Part shown: in pieces, positions 61,862 to 64,000 of the stretch | Numbering within the stretch: the stretch's first letter is position 1 | How the letters are laid out: every line of letters begins with the position of its first letter | Origin: Haliotis rubra | Taxonomy: Eukaryota | Direction of reading: 5' to 3' | Assembly (NCBI RefSeq): GCF_003918875.1 | Contig: NW_025767668.1 | Location: 1,984,001 to 2,048,000, forward strand | DNA length: 64,000 bases | Translations under genes and position numbers: made by a program | Notes under the pieces: generated by a model | Databases searched by the model: none | The model's input: the letters and a program-made list of their open reading frames with translations, nothing else | Told to the model about the DNA's origin: nothing

Positions 61862-64000
61862 TACGTAGATGAAAGTATGTTGTATGTTGATAATAAGAAC
61901 ATTGTAGACTGTGGCCTAAATACGCTTCCATATGGATGTTCCTGACGTAGATGAAAGTATGTTGTATGTTGATAATAAGAACATTTCAGACTGTGGCCTA
62001 AATACGCTTCCATATGGATGTTCCTGACGTAGATGAAAGTATGTTGTATGTTGATAATAAGAACATTTTAGACTGTGGCCTAAATACGCTTCCATATGGA
62101 TGTTCCTGACGTAGATGAAAGTATGTTGTATGTTGATAATAAGAACATTTTAGACTATGGCCTAAATACGCTTCAATATGGATGTTCCTGACGTAGATGA
62201 AAGTATGTTGTATGTTGATAATAAGAACATTTTAGACTGTGGCCTAAATACGCTTCCATATGGATGTTCCTGACGTAGATGAAAGTATGTTGTATGTTGA
62301 TAATAAGAACATTTTAGACTGTGGCCTAAATACGCTTCCATATGGATGTTCCTGACGTAGATGAAAGTATGTTGTATGTTGATAATAAGAACATTTCAGA
62401 CTGTGGCCTAAATACGCTTCCATATGGATGTTCCTGACGTAGATGAAAGTATGTTGTATGTTGATAATAAGAACATTTTAGACTGTGGCCTAAATACGCT
62501 TCCATATGGATGTTCCTGACGTAGATGAAAGTATGTTGTATGTTGATAATAAGAACATTTTAGACTGTGGCCTAAATACGCTTCCATATGGATGTTCCTG
62601 ACGTAGATGAAAGTATGTTGTATGTTGATAATAAGAACATTTTAGACTATGGCCTAAATACGCTTCCATATGGATGTTCCTGACGTAGATGAAAGTATGT
62701 TGTATGTTGATAATAAGAACATTTTAGACTATGGCCTAAATACGTTCCTCCATATGGATGTTCCTGACGTAGATGAATGGAGTATGTTGTATGTTGATAA
62801 TAAGAACATTTTAGACTGTGGCCTAAATACGCTTCCATATGGATGTTCCTGACGTAGATGAAAGTATGTTGTATGTTGATAATAAGAACATTTCAGACTG
62901 TGGCCTAAATACGCTTCCATATGGATGTTCCTGACGTAGATGAAAGTATGTTGTATGTTGATAATAAGAACATTTTAGACTGTGGCCTAAATACGCTTCC
63001 ATATGGATGTTCCTGACGTAGATGAAAGTATGTTGTATGTTGATAATAAGAACATTTTAGACTATGGCCTAAATACGCTTCCATATGGATGTTCCTGACG
63101 ATAGATGAAAGTATGTTGTATGTTGATAATAAGAACATTTTAGACTGTGGCCTAAATACGCTTCCATATGGATGTTCCTGACGTAGATGAAAGTATGTTG
63201 TATGTTGATAATAAGAACATTTTAGACTGTGGCCTAAATACGCTTCCATATGGATGTTCCTGACGTAGATGAAAGTATGTTGTATGTTGATAATAAGAAC
63301 ATTTTAGACTATGGCCTAAATACGCTTCCATATGGATGTTCCTGACGTAGATGAAAGTATGTTGTATGTTGATAATAAGAACATTTTAGACTATGGCCTA
63401 AATACGCTTCCATATGGATGTTCCTGACGTAGATGAAAGTATGTTGTATGTTGATGATAAGAACATTTTAGACCGTGGCCTTATTACGCTTCCATATGGA
63501 TGTTCCTGACGTAGATGAAAGTATGTTCTATGTTGACAACAAGAACATTTTAGACTATGGCCTAAATACGCTTCCATATGGATGTTCCTGACGTAGATGA
63601 AAGTATGTTGTATGTTGATAATAAGAACATTTTAGACTATGGCCTAAATACGCTTCCATATGGATGTTCCTGACGTAGATGAAAGTATGTTGTATGTTGA
63701 TAATAAGAACATGTTTTTAGACTATGGCCTAAATACGCTTCCATATGGATGTTCCTGACGTAGATGAAAGTATGTTGTATGTTGATAATAAGAACATTTT
63801 AGACTATGGCCTAAATACGCTTCCATATGGATGTTCCTGACGTAGATGAAAGTATGTTGTATGTTGATAATAAGAACATTTTAGACTATGGCCTAAATAC
63901 GCTTCCATATGGATGTTCCTGACGTAGATGAAAGTATGTTGTATGTTGATAATAAGAACATTTCAGACTATGGCTAAATACGCTTCCATATGGATGTTCC
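61862..64000 (+). repeat. 82-bp satellite, ~26 near-identical copies, runs off the window
   Basis: Unit cctgacgtagatgaaagtatgttgtatgttgataataagaacattttagactrtggcctaaatacgcttccatatggatgtt at 61941, 62023... Confidence 0.97.

Noticed and set aside
61862-64000. CRISPR-like regular array
   Set aside because: No unique spacers, no cas genes, eukaryotic context; it is a plain satellite

Overview
This is AT-rich, repeat-rich animal DNA. The SINE families look molluscan, probably abalone (Haliotis), by recognition only. It holds three protein-coding genes. (1) A 5'-truncated + strand gene with 9 phase-compatible GT-AG exons (413-15400), encoding a low-complexity N-terminus and a hydrophobic, proline-punctuated C-terminus. 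(2) IFTAP/C11orf74/NWC on the - strand, 6 exons at 42017-49690. (3) An intronless B4GALT7 on the - strand (59104-60059) with a 1-nt homopolymer frameshift. About 11.3-30.4 kb is repeated at 30.4-47.9 kb, duplicating the 3' ends of genes 1 and 2. The copies differ by TE insertions and contain mosaic, error-rich patches, so an uncollapsed-haplotype assembly artefact is likely. The most unusual signal is three tandem arrays in gene 1 built from its own exon-intron junctions, which create many decoy splice sites. Also notable is a complete 414-bp miniature LTR element whose LTRs carry a tRNA-Arg-derived Pol III promoter, with a Lys PBS, PPT and 4-bp TSD. The rest includes many SINEs and MITEs, FLYWCH and Tc1 transposase remnants, and an 82-bp satellite at the right end.
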